In this document: positions 62,457 to 64,000 of the stretch, piece by piece
Position numbering within the stretch: position 1 is the first letter of the stretch
Layout of the letters: the number at the start of each line of letters is the position of its first letter
Assembly: GCA_003514005.1 (NCBI GenBank)
Contig: DOSJ01000018.1
Span: 33,105 to 97,104 of the forward strand
Reading direction: 5' to 3'
Length of the DNA stretch: 64,000 nucleotides
From: Candidatus Falkowbacteria bacterium
GTDB taxonomy: Bacteria; Patescibacteriota; Patescibacteriia; Patescibacteriales; UBA12075
Position numbers and translations under genes: made by a program
The notes under the pieces: model-generated
Database searches by the model: none
Told to the model about the DNA's origin: nothing
What the model saw: only the letters and a program-made list of their open reading frames with translations

Positions 62457-64000
62457 ATGAAAAAATCCCCATTTTCATCACAAAACAAACTTGGATTTTC
62501 TTTAATGGAAGTCATGATATCGCTGGCAATCATATCAATATTGATTTCTGGCGTCTTTGGCTTGATACTGCTTTCCATCCGTATAACCGAAGAAAATAAA
62601 TATGCCGTTGAAGCGATCAATCTTGCCAATCAACGCATGGAAAGAATCCGCAATATGCCCTACAATCAGGTCGGCACTGTCGGCGGTACAATACCAGGAC
62701 CAATCCCACAAATGGAAACAGTCGTGCGCAACGGTTCATTTGATGTATATACTTATATCCTTTTTTATGATGACCCTTATGACGGTGAGATCGGATCAAC
62801 CACGCCGGATATAAATGGCTGTGGCACTGATTACAAAATTGTTACGATTAAAGTTGTTTGGCAGGGAAAATACGGAGAAAAAAGCATAAAAGTTTTCTCA
62901 AAAATAATTCCAAAAAATATTGAAACCAGCGACGGCTATGGCACTATGAAAATATCGATTAATGATTTGAACGGCTTGCCTGTACCAAGCGCCGATGTGC
63001 ATGTCTACAAAATACTGACATCAACCACAACTATCAGTGCCAGCTATCCAGTCGGAGCAAATGGAGTGCTTTATCTGCCGGTTCCGGCGGCAACCGGATA
63101 CAGGCTGACGGTCAGCAAGCCCGGTTATGAAACAGTCTCTACCATGGAAGCGACAAGCACGAACCCAAATCCGATTCCACAGGACTGGAATGTTTCCGAG
63201 GGCGCTTTGGTAGAAAATAATATCGAGATTAATAAATTAGTCAACCTTGACATCCAGACGGTTTCACAATCCTTGCCGGATAATTGGCAAGTTAACACCG
63301 TGTCCGCTCCAAGCGACAGCATAAATCCCAAAGCCGGAATCGATAGTAGCGATAATATGTATTTTATCTGGCAAAAACAAGATTCGGCATCTTCATCATT
63401 GTACATGCAAAAATATGACACAGCCGGAATTAAACAATGGGCAAATGACAAACAGGTATACAGTAATACAAATTTTCAAAAAAATCCCGATATCAGCGTA
63501 ATCGTCAATGGCACCTCTTATGTTGTATGGCAAGACACTTCATCCAATCTCAAAGCAACCGCTCCGCTTGTCAAAGCTCCAAAAATATATAATCGACAAA
63601 TAAAAAATATTGAAATCGCGCAATCCGATATTCAAAATAAATTTTGGCTGGAAAAAATAAATTTTCCAATAATGGCTTATGAAACAAAAAAAGAGATCAA
63701 TAATATAGTCTATTTTTTTAAAAATTCCTTAACCAAGAAAATCGCGAATGCGGCCGGAAGCATTGTTCAGTCAAAAATAGGAAGCAATACATACGTTGGG
63801 TCAAGCATGTCGGTAACTTTTAACGCACCACCGACTGCTGGCAATGTACTTATTGCCATTGCCACACATCGAAATTCCAATGACTCATTCAGCGCTCCTA
63901 CAAATGCGAATGGAAATTTTATCGTATCAGCGTATTCCAATACTGCCTGGAGCCTTGATGTTGGAATTTGGCACAAAGTTGCCGGTGCAGGAGAGGATTC
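62457..64000 (+). CDS. Large pilin-like protein (prepilin N-terminus; continues beyond the window)
   Basis: Hand translation gives MKKSPFSSQNKLG/FSLMEVMISLAIISILISGVF. The frame stays open for 514 codons to the window end, and it starts 4 nt after pilC. Confidence 0.7.
   Translation, partial: MKKSPFSSQNKLGFSLMEVMISLAIISILISGVFGLILLSIRITEENKYAVEAINLANQRMERIRNMPYNQVGTVGGTIPGPIPQMETVVRNGSFDVYTYILFYDDPYDGEIGSTTPDINGCGTDYKIVTIKVVWQGKYGEKSIKVFSKIIPKNIETSDGYGTMKISINDLNGLPVPSADVHVYKILTSTTTISASYPVGANGVLYLPVPAATGYRLTVSKPGYETVSTMEATSTNPNPIPQDWNVSEGALVENNIEINKLVNLDIQTVSQSLPDNWQVNTVSAPSDSINPKAGIDSSDNMYFIWQKQDSASSSLYMQKYDTAGIKQWANDKQVYSNTNFQKNPDISVIVNGTSYVVWQDTSSNLKATAPLVKAPKIYNRQIKNIEIAQSDIQNKFWLEKINFPIMAYETKKEINNIVYFFKNSLTKKIANAAGSIVQSKIGSNTYVGSSMSVTFNAPPTAGNVLIAIATHRNSNDSFSAPTNANGNFIVSAYSNTAWSLDVGIWHKVAGAGED

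Noticed and set aside
1-64000. Alternative genetic code (UGA recoding, as in some CPR lineages)
   Set aside because: Long uninterrupted ORFs with conserved motifs are obtained with the standard code, and TGA is used as a stop (e.g. 3021-3023 and 54109-54111).

Overview
AT-rich, gene-dense bacterial window, coded mostly on the minus strand and readable with the standard code. There is no rRNA and no CRISPR array. The gene content points to a small-genome Patescibacteria/CPR-like organism, but this is inference only because no marker rRNA is present. That content comprises a short TsaB, type IV pilus PilB/PilC/pilins, a DUF4012 protein next to a TraG/VirD4-like ATPase, a reduced dcw block (mraY-ftsW-murG-murC), many orphan secreted and membrane proteins, and palindromic repeats that translate as CHSREGGNP/WIPAFAGMT.

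Layout:
- 1-9.1 kb: two DEAD-box helicases, a flavoprotein, HD and Maf enzymes, a GH130 + MFS pair, and one self-contained orphan gene.
- 9.2-17 kb: an accessory mosaic next to tRNA-Gln. It holds RhuM, ABC-F, an HTH-Fic gene, two tRNA-Gln remnants, a degenerate duplicate of the ABC-F 3' end, a 69-bp direct-repeat-bounded islet, and an IS481-like element with a 15-bp target duplication that splits a signal peptide.
- 17-26 kb: patatin, dnaX, an acidic orphan, a TraG-like ATPase and DUF4012.
- 26-34 kb: two large polytopic membrane proteins, RicT, tsf and rpsB.
- 34-46.5 kb: a surface-glycan/secreted-protein cluster that includes a GT2-radical SAM fusion.
- 46.5-50.5 kb: miaA, miaB, a His/Cys-rich small protein and a glutaminase-less AsnB-like PP-loop enzyme.
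- 50.6-59.4 kb: an ABC exporter and the dcw genes.
- 59.5-64 kb: pilB, pilC and a giant pilin-like protein.

Most notable observations:
1. Several unrelated repeat systems invade both spacers and conserved ORFs without breaking the reading frames. One is a 7-locus palindromic family, always read in the same frame when it lies inside a CDS. The other is a set of heptanucleotide tandem arrays.
2. A hairpin element has a conserved non-palindromic core whose arms differ between copies but remain complementary.
3. The tRNA-Gln region is an integration/recombination hotspot.

All functional calls come from motifs read by eye. No database search was possible.
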